Below are positions 46,301 to 60,792 of a DNA stretch of 64,000 bases, piece by piece; within the stretch, counting starts at the first letter, position 1; each line of letters opens with the position of its first letter. A model generated the notes under the pieces. That model saw nothing but the letters and a program-made list of their open reading frames with translations. It searched no databases and had not been told where the DNA came from. Source of the stretch: Amphiscolops sp. MND2022 (Eukaryota); contig OZ076409.1 of NCBI GenBank assembly GCA_964187785.1, forward strand, positions 31,250,001-31,314,000. The letters run 5' to 3'. Made by a program: the position numbers and the translations under genes.

Positions 46301-49300
46301 TCAAAAGGCTTGCATGCGCGGCAGCGCTTTCATCGCGGTACAACAATTAGTGTGCAAAAAACGCGTTTTAGCACGGAACACCGCGTTTTAGCGCATGTAA
46401 CATTGTTTTCGCGTAAAAACGCGTTTAAAAACGGGGAATCACCTGTTTTTGACTTAATAAACCTGATTCTGCATAGTTCAACATGTTTGCTTGCGTGGCA
46501 GCACTTTAATCGCATTGAAAAAGTTAGTGTGCAAAAAATGCGTTTTCAGCACGCATTTACGCGCTTTAGAGCATCTAACAATGTTTTCGCGGAAAAACGC
46601 GTTTGAAACCGCCGGGGAGTTGCTTGTTTTTGCGTTAACTAACCTAATTCTACATTGTTCAACTTGTTTGCATGCGCGGCAGCGCTTTCGTTGCGTTAAA
46701 ACCGTTAGTGTGCAAAAAACGCGTTTTCAGCACGCATTAACGCGTTTTAGCGCATTTAACGTTAATCTCGCTGAAAAACGTGATAAAATGCAGGAAATTG
46801 TTTTCCTGTGTAAAACAACTTGATTTTGCATAGTTCAAAATGATTGCATGCGCGGCAGCGCTTTCGTTGCGTTAAAACAGTTAGAGTGCAAAAATTGCGT
46901 TTTAAGCGAAAAATACCGCTGGTTATTGCATCTAACGTTCTCTTCTATAAAAAACGCATTTAAACGCGGAGAATTGCTTGTTTTTGTGTTAAGTACCCTA
47001 ATTTTGCATAGTTCAACATGTTTGTTTGCGTGGCAGCGCTTTAATTGGGTTGAAACAGTTGGTGTGCAAAATTCTTTTTAGCGCGAAAGAGCGCGTTTTA
47101 GCGCATCTAACCATGTTTTCGCTGAAAAACGCAGTAAATCGCAGGAAATGATTTTTCTGTTAAGTAACCTAATTCTGCATAGTTCAAAAGGCTTGCATGC
47201 GCGGCAGCGCTTTCATCGCGGTAAAACAATTAGTGTGCAAAAAACGCGTTTTAGCACGGAACACCGCGTTTTAGCGCATGTAACATTGTTTTCGCGTAAA
47301 AACGCGTTTAAAAACGGGGAATCACCTGTTTTTGACTTAATAAACCTGATTCTGCATAGTTCAACATGTTTGCTTGCGTGGCAGCACTTTAATCGCATTG
47401 AAAAAGTTAGTGTGCAAAAAACGCGTTTTCAGCACGCATTTACGCGCTTTAGAGCATCTAACAATGTTTTCGCGGAAAAACGCGTTTGAAACCGCCGGGG
47501 AGTTGCTTGTTTTTGCGTTAACTAACCTAATTCTACATTGTTCAACTTGTTTGCATGCGCGGCAGCGCTTTCGTTGCGTTAAAACCGTTAGTGTGCAAAA
47601 AACGCGTTTTCAGCACGCATTACCGCGTTTTAGCGCATTTAACGTTAATCTCGCTGAAAAACGTGATAAAATGCAGGAAATTGTTTTCCTGTGTAAAACA
47701 ACTTGATTTTGCATAGTTCAAAATGATTGCATGCGCGGCAGCGCTTTCGTTGCGTTAAAACAGTTAGAGTGCAAAAATTGCGTTTTTAGCAAAAAATACC
47801 GCTGGTTATTGCATCTAACGTTCTTTTCTATAAAAAACGCATTCAAACGCGGAGAATTGCTTGTTTTTGTGTTAAGTACCCTAGTTTTGCATAGTTCAAC
47901 ATGTTTGTTTGCGTGGCAGCGCTTTAATTGGGTTGAAACAGTTAGTGTGCAAAATTCTTTTTAGCGCGAAAGAGCGCGTTTTAGCGCATCTAACCATGTT
48001 TTCGCTGAAAAACGCAGTAAATCGCAGGAAATGATTTTTCTGTTAAGTAACCTAATTCTGCATAGTTCAAAAGGTTTGCATGCGCGGCAGCGCTTCCATC
48101 GCGGTAAAACAATTAGTGTGCATAAAACGCGTTTTAGCACGGAACACCGCGTTTTAGCGCATGTAACATTGTTTTCGCGTAAAAACGCGTTTAAAAACGG
48201 GGAATCACCTGTTTTTGACCTAATAAACCTAATTATGCATTGTTCAACATGTTTGCACGCGCGGCAGCGCTTTCATTGCGTTAAAACAGTTAGTGTGCAA
48301 AAAACGCGTTTTCAGCACGCATTAACGCGTTTTAGCGCATCTAACGTTAATTTCGCTGATAAACGTGGTAAAACGCAGGAAATTGCCTTTCTGTGTAACA
48401 ACCTAATTCTGCCTAGTTCAAAATGATTGCATGCGCGGCAGCACTTTCGTTGCGTTAAAACAGTTAGTGTGCAAAAAACGCGTTTTTAGCGCGAAATACC
48501 GCTGGTTACCGCATCTAAAGTTCTTCTCTCAAAAAAAGGCGTTTAAACGCGAAAAATTGCTTGTTTTTGTGTTAAGTACTCTAATTTTCCACGGTCCAAC
48601 TTATTCGCATGCGTGGCAGCGCTTCGATTGCGTTGAAACAGTTAGTGTGCAGAAAACGCTTTTTTTAGCACGCAACAACTCGTTTTAGAGCATCGTACGT
48701 TGTTTTCGCGGGAAAGCGCGATTGAAACCGCCGGGGAGTCGCTTGTTTCTGCGTTAACTAATCTAATTCTACATTGTTCAACATGTTTGATTGCGTGGCA
48801 GCAGTTTAATTGCGTTGAAAAAGTTAGTGTGCAAAAAACGCGTTTTCAGGAACCATTTACGCGCTTTAGAGCATCTAACGTTGTTTTCGTGGAAAAGCGC
48901 GTTTGAAACCGGGGTGTCGCTTGTTTTTGCGTTAGCTAACCTGATTTTACAGTGTTTAACATAATTGTTTGCGCGGCGCTTTCATTGCGTTAAAACAGTT
49001 AGTGCGCGAAAAACGCGTTTTTAGCGCAAAATACCGCTGACTAATGCATCTAACGTTGTTTTCACTAGGAAACGCGTTTAAACGCGGGGAACTGCTTCTT
49101 TTTGTGTTAACTAACGTAAATCAACATTGTTCAACATGTTTGCCTGCGTGGCAGCGCTTTCATTGCGTTGCGTTAGAACAGTTAGTGTGCGAAAAATGCG
49201 TTTTTAGAGCGCAATAACGATTTTCAGCCCATCTATTGTTTTTTTTTGCGGAGAAACGCGTTTAAACGTCGAAAATCGCTTATGTTTGCTTTAACAACTT

Positions 49301-50098
49301 TGCATAGTTCAACTTGTTTGCATGCCTGGCAGCGTTTTCTTTGCGTTAAAACAATCAGTGTTCAAAAAAACACTTTTTTAGCCGGAAATACCGCGTTTTG
49401 GCGCATCTAGCGCATACCTTGTTGTCGCTGAAGAACGCTGCCAAACGCAGGAAATTTTTTTTGGTTAGATAACCTGCTTTCTGCATAAGTCAAATTGGTT
49501 GCATGCGTGGCAGCGCGTTGATTGTGTTAAAAGATTCAGTGTGCAAAAACTGCGTTTTTAGCGCAAAATTAACGCGTTTCACCGCATCTAACGTTGTTTT
49601 CTGAGAAACGCGTTCAAACGCGGGGAACCGTTTCTTTTTGCAATCAATGATCCAATTTTCATAGTTCAACGCGTTTACACGCTAGTAAGCGCTTTCTTTG
49701 GTTAAACCGTTGGTGTGCAAAAAACGCGTTATTAGCGAACAATAACGCGTTGTAGCGCATCGAACGCTGTTTTGCTGAAAAAAGCGTTTGAACGCAAGAC
49801 AAATGCTTGTTTTTGTGTTGAATAACCTAAGTTTGCATAATTCAACTTGTTTGCACGCGTGGCAGCGCTTTCATTTGCTAAACCGTAAGTGTGCCAGAAA
49901 CGCGTTTTCAGCGCGAAATAAAGCGTTTCATTGCATCTAACGTTGTTTTCCTCAAAAATGCGTTTAAACTTAGGGAAACGCTTATTTTTGCGTTGACCAT
50001 TCTAATGTTGCATTGGTCAACGCGTTTGCACGCAAGCCAGCGCTTTCACTGCCTTAAAAACGCTAGTGTGCAAAAACGCGTTATAGCGCGCAATAGTG
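40369..50098. repeat. Satellite array, ~177-bp monomer with higher-order repeats
   Basis: Recurring GCGCGGCAGCGCTTT and GTTAGTGTGCAAAAAACGCGTTTT; matching pseudo-ORFs recur at 1422 bp (41355, 42777, 44199) then 883 bp (45082, 45965, 46848, 47731); diverged monomers at both edges. Confidence 0.97.
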
Positions 50099-51320
50099 TG
50101 TAACGATCACCTGCCGAGCCAGAAAATTTTTGAGAAAATTGTACGAGGGACTTTCGCCGTCCCCAGTGTCGAAATGGTAATATTACGCAAAGGGATACCG
50201 TGTCTTTACCAAGAGACCTGCACGAAGAATTGAAAAGGCCAAAGCGAAAAAGAAGAAAAAAAGAGACCCACCGAACAAGACGATGGCAAGAACTTACGGC
50301 CACTGTCAGAAAAAAGACTCAATTTCTGCCGACACGGACTGAATCCAATTTTAACCGGTATTTCTGTCAGCTAATCGCCACATAATGCCATAATTACCTG
50401 AAATGAGTCAGTTGGCGTAAACAAGCATCCGTGCTTGTGTCCCCAACTAATGATTGCCAAATGGTGCTAATTATGCGATAAATTTTTTGTTTTATTGATG
50501 TATCAGCTCGTGAGCTACTGATCTTCGACATACATTGTAACAACGAGAGAACAGAAGTTTCCTTTTCCACGACCTCTATTTTTTAAAGATTGTCTAAGCG
50601 ATGGTTTCGAGGGAAAAGCGTAATTCGCGCTAGTGGCATCAATTAAAGACTGGATCAGGCCTGCGAGCACCTCACAAGATGCGGAATCCTCCTCTGACGG
50701 GACAGTTGTTACCCGTAGGAGGCAAAATGGACTCATGGTTATAGGCGGCTGTCCCGGGCAAATACCCAGGGCATGTGTTCCTCCAACTCTATTTCCCACA
50801 GCAACAATGGTGAAAGCTTGTCGTAACATAGAAACAACATTTGCTGGCGACCACAGAGGGATCGCTTCGAAGTGCTTCCCTTAATGGTTTTAAGAGAGCC
50901 GACCATCCGGTGATTGACGCCGAGTACGACCTGACCCTGACTGAAAGAAGCAAGAAGCAGAGTTGTTCTACGTTTTTATCATGTGTGTGTATCATTTGAG
51001 GCTTTGCGCCTGATGGATAAAGGTAAACTTTGCAAAAAAGCGCTGTGTGTTGTGATTTTGTCGCTTTCTTAGTTGTTTGCAGATATCAGTCAAAATAGAC
51101 AATCCTCTTAACGGGTTGCTTATCAAAATTGGTCTAGGAAGCCATCAGAAGGCAGCTAGAAGTGCTAACATGTGTTTTGCAGCCTTTTTCAGCTTTCATG
51201 GCCAACGGAGTGAGTATCAAAGAGAGGGTGATCCTTGCTCAGACGAATTTTACATCTTGCCGGAATGGAGCTACTCGACTCACTGGTTCCATTTCTCGTG
51301 CTGACGTCCTAGAGGAATGG
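50099..51320 (+). mobile_element. Putative LTR/leader of the downstream Gypsy element
   Basis: Satellite stops abruptly at TGTAACGA, an LTR-like start, upstream of gag; no second LTR or clear PBS seen. Confidence 0.3.
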
Positions 51321-53084
51321 AATTTGGTGGAATCGTAGTACAGGCGTCTAATGGTGAAAGTTCTCCAGGTTCAAAAACTTTATTTCGGTTGCTCCAAATT
51401 TTGTGTGCAATCATTTGCAAGTATTACTACTAGCCTTCTGCAACTAGGCGTGTGCTTTTGTACCCATTTAATGCGAAAAAAGTGCGTTTTATCATGTATT
51501 TTCGGCAAAAAGTGCCTATTTTGGCCATTTCGATGCAAAAGACCTACGTGAGCGCGAGCGCTCTTGGTGCTAGCAGAAGAAAGGAATAGCTCAGAATCCC
51601 TGTGGATTCGTGCGAAATGCGTGGATACACTCAAAGTTCCCTATCAGAGCACTTAGAGTAGAATTTGTGAGAAAAAATCCCGTTTTTTAAAAATTGAGCA
51701 CAACTGGCGCCAAAATTTTTTGGGGAACATGTCTAGGGATTCTTGAACATCCCCGAATGGCTACTATTATTTTGAGGTACACTTCGTAATACCAAATACA
51801 ATTCATTCTAGCCCTTACTACTTTCCGAGAAAAAGTACAAAAACTGCGATTTTGAGGTTTTTCGGAAGTATTACTAAGTGAAACCTAGATTGACTACTGA
51901 CTACTCCTCCTACATTTAATATAGCCCCGGGCTATTGTTTTCAGTTACTACATAAGTTTTTACGATCTGTGGCGAAAACCGCATACAAAAACTCCTTTTC
52001 AGTGTTGAGAAAAATTAGAAAACACACTGAAAAACCTGATATTTTTCATAATCTCGGACTGTCTCTGAGTTGGGGTCGAATCATTAATTCTGGAACCTTA
52101 ATCAAAAAGTGGTTGTATTTTAGTAGCCACCACCAAAAAAACTCTAGTGCCAAAATTTTGGTGGGCGTAACGTTCACCAAAGTCGAGCAAACTCTCTGAC
52201 GTTTCGACCTCAGAAAGCCGAAAAAGAGCTGAAAAAATCCAAAACTGGACGATTGTCGGTGCCTATTACCTAACGGAAACGGTCAATTGGAGGTCTACCC
52301 CAGTGCTACGAACAGCAGGGCTACACGTTGATTTCATTTTGCAAGCCGTACCATTTCTTGAGGTGACCTTCTTAGCCAATTTGAAAAAAAAATAGTCAAT
52401 ATTCAATATTTGCTAGTACACATTGCTCACATGGGGTTGAATATTTAATTAGGCGTCCGCGCTTAAACTGAAACATCCCTGTGGCCTTGTGGACGGCTGT
52501 TGGTATCGGTTATTGAGTTTGGTACGAAACTTTGCATTTTTTTGTTGAGAAATTGACGAATTTAAACTGCATAGAAAAGCGAACTGAAAGACAATTTTTC
52601 TGAAAACTATCCAAGTGAACCCGGCACCTAAATTGAAAAGTGAAACCTTATCGCTACTTACCATCGTAATTGGTGCTAGTAAACGCGTTGTTGTAGGAAA
52701 TTGGATCCTTCTAGCTTTTGTCATTGTCTCGCAATTTGGAAGTAAGCATGGAAAACAGTACCCCTAAGTAGTATAGGGTACCGCACGTCCAAATTGACAT
52801 CAATCTTGAAATAAGTACTTCAGTTCAAATCAAATCTTACACTAGTGTTGTTAACCCATCACAAGAGTGTGTGGTCAATTTTAAAACGTATCCGACGTTT
52901 TGACGCTGAGTACGAGCAACTTTAGTGTTTTTGAAGAAATATTTGAAAACTCGAAAACCGTCTAAAAACTTAACGACGCGCGAACTAACGGTTCAATAGG
53001 CCCCGAACGCACGTTTTTTAACCCCACGCATCCGTACCAACACGTTGTGCAGTTTTTGTGTCACTACGACTCCTAGATCTATAT

Positions 53085-54736
53085 TTTTTGAGACGCGAAA
53101 AGCACGATGCGACCGAGAGCATCAAGCGATAGTTGAAGAAATTGAACCTGTCCAAAGTGAACTACGATCTTCAACTAAGCGAGGGGAACAAGGGCAAGAG
53201 ATCCAAACTGCGCGGATGGATGCTATGGACTATCGAATGGCGGAAATGAAAGATTTACAGGCGCAAAGAGAGGTTCGCATAGAGGCCCAAAGGAAAGAAG
53301 TGTGCATTCAAATTCAGGCGATGGGGACTATGCTCAAAAATATCCAACCCCGACCGACCGGTAGTACCATCAAAGACCTGTTGCAGGACACTGAAATATC
53401 GCTGCAAAAATCCACGAAGAATGTCACTCTCAAACCCATGGAGGATGCAATGATCGTAGCAAAACTTTTCGGTTCGAGGCACCTTTTGACGAAATATCCG
53501 CCTCAGCATCCACTCCACTCAACCAGCGTAGAACCAGCATCGACGAGCAAGCTTATTCCGCTAACGGCAGAACCTAGCAAGAAGGAACCTATCAATGACG
53601 TAATAACCATTGAGACCTGGACCTTGGGTATGACCGGCTTGGGAGAGCCAACATATACTGTGGACCTGAGAGAGCCCACAAGTACCGGCAGGCCGACCGA
53701 TGCTGTGTGTCCTTTTCAAACTGCGAATGCAACCCAAGGGGAAACAACTGCTGAATACCATACTGCGGACAACGGGTTGCCCCCGGGCAACCCCCGTGCC
53801 AGCTGCACCAGACGTAAAGAAGCAACGATCCCAGAAACCCTGGCGACTCTATCAATTCTACACGGGGTAGTAGCCTCCTAACGCCCGCTGCCAACGAAGA
53901 GACATATATATCCCCGGAACAACTTAGATTCATCGAGGCGATATACAAGGCCATGTCGTAGGAGCTTGCACCACTGATTGCCAACTGGGACCAAACAAGG
54001 ATCCGACCTACCATTTACAAGGGCACTAAGGATGGCACAAATGATGGCTGGCTTCCCCTTATGAAGCGATTTCTTGAGAGGGTGCACTCTAAATCGACTA
54101 AAATTGATAAGACTTGGGCAATCATTGACCGCCTGGAAGGAGAAGCAAGGAATTATATCATCAATAAGTCCGATGCCGATAGGGACGAACCAGACAAAGT
54201 CTTCGCCCTGCTAGCTAGTCGATTTGGGACGGGAGGCAATCGCATGCAAGTAGGACAATCCTTCATGGCTCGCATCCAACTACAGGAGGAAGACTGGATG
54301 CAATTTCTGGATGCTCTGGAAGGCTTGCGCACCCAAAGCTTCCCGGACGAGCCCATCACCACGGGTCGTTACGGAATACTGCAACGTTTCATCGATGGCG
54401 TTAGCAACCCAACGCTGCAACAGGAGCTGTCCGTAGTATACGCGGCAGAAAGTTGTGGTATCTGACCGACCCACCCACGGTAGAGTCCTTGAGGTTTACG
54501 ACGCGGCAACTTCGACGACATCGGCCTGCAACATCCAAACCCTAAGATACCAGGTATGCAATGCGGTCAAGGCCTCATCCTTTCGTGCCAGGAAAGATAG
54601 TCGATCCGGCACCAGGCCTACCACAGAATGTGCTACCACCAAACCCGGGACAGCGGGATGCAAAGCAATCCCCGATTATACCACCAGGTCCAGCGATAGG
54701 TGAGGACGAGGTTCGGGTGAAACAAGCGCCAGTGCC
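53085..54736 (+). mobile_element. Degenerate Gypsy gag, 5' part
   Basis: Coiled-coil N-terminus; capsid-like PTIYKGTKDGTNDGWL...AIIDRLEGEARNYI...FLDALEGLR...RFIDGV; Pro-rich linker cut at KQAPVP by a TIR. Confidence 0.75.
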
Positions 54737-55358
54737 CATTACGATACACGTACCGGTTAGCTGCTGTCAGTCAAGCTGCGTAATCTGAGTAAAATGGTAA
54801 AATGGTCATTCAGCGAAGGTTAGTCAAGACCGTCTATGCTTCAACGGTGTAGCAAAATCAGCGCGCGTAATGGAAAATTGTGTAAGTTAGTCAAAACACG
54901 TAATTAGAAAAAAGCGGAAGTTAGTCCAAAAATATTCTTTTTCGTAAGTCAGTCAAAACGTTGACTAACTTCCACTTTTTGCAAATTGAGGGACTCCTAT
55001 ACTTCCGAAAAGTGGAATGTGGTCAAAGTTTTGACTAACTTACACCATCTTTATATGCATTCAAAACTCAGTGTTCATTTTAATTCTAATTCATACCACA
55101 GCATCATAAACCAGTCAAAGTAAACAATGATTCAATAAATAATTAGTTATCATTACTGAGCTCTACCGTGCATAGTACGTATAAACTGCATTCAATGCAA
55201 GTTGCACACGTGAACACGTGTGTTTCATCCACGCATTTACGTGCAAATAAAATACCTTGTAGCTTCTAATTAGTACAATTGATTGATCTGTGAACAGATT
55301 TCCTATTTTAACAAAACAATTTCAAAGCAGCCCTCATTAATAGTTGCCTAACTAATTT
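54737..55358. mobile_element. Left end of TIR DNA element (CATTACGATACACGTACCGGT)
   Basis: First ~90 bp recur at 63891-63982 with a different flank, fixing the terminus; inverted match at 8855-8876; TTAGTCAA sub-repeats. Confidence 0.7.
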
Positions 55359-55807
55359 TAATTTTGGTCCCTGTCGTGAGCACAGTCACCGGAATGATTG
55401 GTTAACTTGTTATTTTGGTCTGGGTATTTTGAGCCAGGGTATTGGCAAGGATCTATTTTGATCCCTGTCGTGAGCAACATCAAGAAAAGTTGTAACAAAT
55501 AATCTATACGAAGTTGAAACTTTATCAAACCGAAAACAGTAGTATATGGAATACCGATCTTGAATTATTGAACTAAAAACGAAGTTTGGACCATGTGCCT
55601 TATCCTCCCTCAGATAAATACTGTTTCTTATCCAACAACACCCCCCCCCCATCCTTCATCTGGTCAAATGGAAAAGAGGATGAGAGAATTGATTTCAAAA
55701 TTGAATTACTTTGTATCATGGTTAAGCATTAAATTGAATTGAACGTTACTTATACGGTACATGTATGTTTTAAAAGTTTATGAATGTGTGCAAAGCAGCG
55801 GCAAGTG

Positions 55808-55888
55808 GGGATGTTGGCGCGGTGGATAAGTCCATCGGATGTGACTGTTAGTCACTGAGTACCACAGGATCGATCCCAGCCATTAGCA
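55808..55888 (+). other. Degenerate tRNA-like or SINE head
   Basis: A-box-like TGGCGCGGTGG (55815) and B-box-like GGATCGATCCC (55867); cloverleaf stems not intact. Confidence 0.3.
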
Positions 55889-56512
55889 CACTGGCGAATC
55901 GATACATACAACTCTTACAAAGACACCCTTCATATTTGGCAGCTCATGTCTCCGAATATTCCACATTGAAGGTATCAGCACCGCTGCAACATCCTTTTTG
56001 ATGAGAAGAACTCCAAGGTGTGACCTTGTTCTGTGCCGCAACTTTGTGTGCCCCACAAATGATGCAATGATGATTGCTAATGATTGCAATGATTAGAGAT
56101 GGCGAGATACTAGTATCCAAATTCTGGCCCCCATTCCTGGCTGCCAATGATATTCATAAAACTCTCACAAAGACACCCTTCCTATTCGGCGTCTCATGTC
56201 CCCGAATTTTCCACATTGATGGTATTGACACCGCCGAAATATCCTTTTTGATGAGAGGAACTTTGATGGTGAATTCCCAAATAACATAAGAGCAAATAAC
56301 ATAAAAACGAAATTAGTTTCAAATAACATAAAAATGAAATGAGTTTGACTAAACATCAAAATAAAATTGTTTACGAGAAGGTTTTAGCTGTCAAAAGCAT
56401 TCACAATTCAAAAGATTCACTCAAAAAAGTATGAAAATTACAAATAAAATTTCGTGAGTTCGATTACTTAACCGGGTATTCGGTTTTATTTTTGTTATTT
56501 GAACCTAATTTT

Positions 56513-56693
<181 letters not shown>

Positions 56694-56921
56694 AAAATCC
56701 CACATTGAAGGTATCAACAACGCTGTAACATCCTTGTAGTAGTAGTATTAATAGTAGAAAATCCCACATTGAAGGTATTAACACCGCTGTAACATCCTTG
56801 TTGATGAGAGGAACTCTTGAATGTAAACTTCCTTAAAAAGTTTAGACTGGTCCGATTAACTGTTTAAACTGATTGATTACGCAAAAATAGTGTGAAGAAT
56901 GTTTGTATCTCAAATTGAGAT

Positions 56922-58810
56922 TCTCAATTCCAAACTCTCACTTTGAAAAAAAATTAAATTTATGGTTTCTAGTTTGTATTCAACTTGAATACAAACTAGA
57001 AACCATCAATTTAATTTTTTTCAAAGTGAGAGTTTGGAATTGAGATACAAACATTCTTTTTTTGAAATCTTCTGACCTTTTTTTGATACCTGTCGTGAGC
57101 TTCAGCAAAAACTGTTCCGAAAAACTGTTTTTTCGATTAACTGTACTCTTTTGTACGAAAGAAAGGAAAGTAAAGACAAGATTAAAAAGCCATTAGTGTA
57201 AAAGTAACCCGCTTTTGAGTTTTGTAAACGAACGATTTTCATAAATCAGGGAAGTTTACAAAAGTGTAGTTCCAAACTGAACGAACTGTTTCATTCTTTT
57301 GTTTACCATTCATCAATCAAATTTTAAGTTGTTACAGCTACTCATGGTTTTCTTTAAGGATGCGAATAAGTCCTACCTTATAAGGTAACGAAAGTTTCAC
57401 TCATCATGAGTGATGATCAGCTCTCATTTCCTTATTAGGTACGCGCTGTCCCATTTCTATGAAAAAGCTACCTTATTACCTTATTTGGTCAATACGGTGA
57501 TTCATCGTTGACGAACAAGCGTGCGCGTACTACCTTATTTGGTCAGTAAGTGCCTGCTTTAAAGTATTTCAAGTTTGATCGCGGTAAAATTCCAATTAAA
57601 TTGGCGGTTGTCAGATCTTCTCGAAGAGACCAATTTCCCTTATGAGTAGGCATTGGATTTATTTGGAAATTACAGTAGTAGCAGAAGCATACAATAAAAT
57701 ATGGATACCATTTGGTTGATGGCTAGACAATACGGAAAAAAATACGGAAGAAGCGTTGAATATGTGAAAGTAAAAACAGTCTTTACTTCTGAGTCAGAAA
57801 TAAATACTGTTTTTATTTTCACATATTCAACGCTTCTTCCGTATTCTGAGAAGTACTGAGTTTAGTGATTGTTAATCGTGTCGCTTCTCAGAAACGTCAA
57901 TTTAGCTAAGTATTGAATAATTTCTATCAAAATAGATATAAACTTATGTAAGGCGAAATATGGAGAAACATGACATTTGGATACAAATAAATCCTAAGCC
58001 TACTCATGATTGTTCGCTATGGATGAATCAAATGAAGATGTTTGGAATTTGGCAGTCAGAATTTGTAACAGACAGCAATATCATTGACTTGTTGGTAAAT
58101 ATGAACGCCAATGCGAATTCTAAAATTGATGATTGACACTTCAATAGTGATTCTTTCTCACCACTGTTACAATACGCTTCTGACAGCAGAAAGTGGTTCG
58201 CAATACTAGCCCCGAGAAGAAAAGTTTAGCTCCGAAATTTATCATTACTAGAAAAGCAAAACGGTTGACCGTTGAATCCTCTCTCTTTACAGAAGTTTCA
58301 ACAGTGTTAGTAGGTAAGATATTGATAGTTTTGTTTCCTTTCCGTAGTATTCAGCTATCTAAAAATTTATTCTCTTCACTAAAAGCTTTAAATATAGTAT
58401 ATCTTCAAACAAACGCCGGTTTCACCTCCTTTGGAAAAACGAATAATTCTTCTATATTGAATCTGAATCAGTTACTAAGGAACTGGATATAAGTTGAGTC
58501 GGACACTTTTCAATGTCCCTCATATCATCGTCACGGCTGTGATCACGCTCACGGCAGGGACCAAAGTTCAGAAATTTGATTGAGAGTAAAAACATTTATG
58601 GTAAACAAGGTAACTCAGTAAACAAACAAAATCCTGAAATTTGGTCCCTGTCGTGAGCGCAATGTTATTAAACAATTCATTAACTTGTCAGCATAACAAC
58701 AAATACTGTCTGCCAGACAACAGTGGCCGACAATAGTTGATAAATTGTTTAATGCGTAAATTTAATCATTAAATTTACGCATTAAACAATTTATCAATTA
58801 TTGTCGGCCA
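56922..58810. repeat. Cluster of three long palindromes (56922-57045, 57741-57845, 58724-58810)
   Basis: Centres TTCAA-C-TTGAA (56984), TCTGA-G-TCAGA (57793), TTTAAT-C-ATTAAA (58767). Confidence 0.9.
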
Positions 58811-59088
58811 GACAGTGATGATGAATTGTTTAATGATAAATTGTTTAAACTGAGTTGCAGCTAATTTTGGTCCCTGGTGTAAGCGCCTGATGTAATAAAA
58901 CGTTCCTATGACTAAAATGACTCCGATGACTTCTGATCAAGGAAAACGCTAATTTGAAAATTCCATTTTGTAATTTTTGTATTTATGATACTTTTATAAA
59001 GAAAAATGCAATAATCATGATCGTAATCATTTGAGGATCACACCATTTGAATATCATATGAAAAGTTACATGACAAATGAAATTGAAA

Positions 59089-60792
59089 TTAGGAGCAATG
59101 TTCCTTTACGTGCATCCTATAATTTTCCATTGTCTTGAAATTAACATTGGATACGAGTGTCGCGTGAACATAAATGTTGCTGTTGAAGTTTAGAGTTGAT
59201 GTTTTGTCAACTTTGTATTTCAGGGACGTAATGACAGCTGTTCCATCCGCAACTTTGTCCCATTCGTTGCCCAATATGTGGTCCCATGCTGATGTTGAAA
59301 AAGGGCCGTCGTCTTCTTTGATGGAGAATGTCACTGGGCCATTTGTGACACCGAACGCGTGAATCGTCGCATCAGTGCAAGGGGCAAAATCTTGCTTTAT
59401 GTCTTTGACTCTGCTGCGTCCACTGAGGGAATTCATCAGCAAGTTTTTCAGGTTAGAATATGCCCAATACACTAACGCATGGTCGTCGTATAACGGCGCG
59501 CCAGGTGCGTTTTCAACTGCTCCCAGTCTTTTTTTACAGAGAGTTACTTACAGGGACTGTTGCGTTAAAGGAAGGATCGTCCTGTTTTTCGACTTCTACG
59601 AGAAGTTTCGTCTTTAAATAGTAAATAGAATTAATCTTCCAATCGCAGCCCAAAATTTCAACAATGTCTCCCTTGATGACGACTCCGGTGCTGATGGGGA
59701 CACAAACTAGTTCTTTTCGTTCTAGTGGGTACTTTTGAAACTCTGGGAAGGTCCACCAATTATGGCCTGGGATGGTATTGCATCAGGATTACCGAATAAT
59801 TTATCGTAGTCACTATTCCAAAGTTAAAAAAATATTAGAAAAATGTTTGAAAAGTACTACAACTAACCCATTGAACCTATTTTGGTTGGTGATATGCGAA
59901 TGATAATAGGTATTTTTGCCAAAATTGAGAACTCAATTCGCTTCGGAAAAACTGAGGATAAAGCACTTCGGAAACTTTTCCTAGTAGTATTGTCAAAAAC
60001 ATTTATGTATTCTACAAAAAAAATCAAATCAACTGTACGTGCTTTTTCTCGGGAGGCTGCCAACAACTTGCAACGTTAAACTTGCAATCATTCAACCCTC
60101 ATAGTCTAGCTAAAAAATAGTTGTACCTCTGTTAAAAAAAATATTGAAGTAGTATTTTCGGTAAGCCTGCTTTACATCAATTTTAGTCTTCTTTTTAGGC
60201 ATCTTGGCGGGGATCGTGGCCTCTATTCCGCGGGTCACCAACACCGTGACTTTTTTGTCACCAAACACCGTCTTTTTGTCGCATCTTGAAGTAACGTGTT
60301 CTTCGTCAGATTCATCCGAGGACTCGGAGTCCTCGGGTTCTTCGAATTTCACTTTTTTGAAAACGGATGCTGCCTTTTGTGACGATTCGCATCGAAGCTG
60401 GTAGTATTTGATGGGGACCAAATTCACATTTTCCAGCTGTTCTTCGAAAAAAAACGTTTTCCTCTATTGGTATCACAACTGGCGATATCAACATTTCTTT
60501 ACGGAAGGGATCGCTTTTCATTACGAAACCTTCTTCGATGTCCCCTATGTGTCGGACGCCGTCTTTAGCATGGGCCAGTGTGTAATGAACTTTATCGTTT
60601 CTAACACGTTTTTCTTTCATGTAGCCCAGAACATCAAGGCTCAGTGTCAGTTCAACGCTACGGCTGTAGCTTGGAATTGGCGTTTCGTTCTTTCGGATGG
60701 GCCATTTCTCTGGAAAGTCGTGGAATTTTGGGGGTGTTCTAACGACTCCTGCTGCATGTTTTGAGTTGTAATCTAACCATTTGACTTTCGCC
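59089..60792 (-). pseudogene. Probable multi-exon gene of unknown function with frameshifts
   Basis: Protein-like frames 60792-60450 and 60450-60130 join across a homopolymer at ~60447-60454; further frames 59612-59089; acceptor-like TGTTTCCAG near 60793. Confidence 0.45.

Noticed and set aside
40841..50103. Dozens of recurring 60-130 aa ORFs and a CRISPR-like periodicity
   Set aside because: Satellite monomers and HORs; no unique spacers, no cas genes, eukaryotic context
51329..53073. Possible TIR insertion GGAATCGTAGT...ACTACGACTCC between the putative LTR and gag
   Set aside because: Only an 11-bp imperfect match with no convincing TSD or second copy
55808..55888. Functional tRNA gene
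   Set aside because: Acceptor and T stems do not pair well; kept only as a low-confidence SINE-like head
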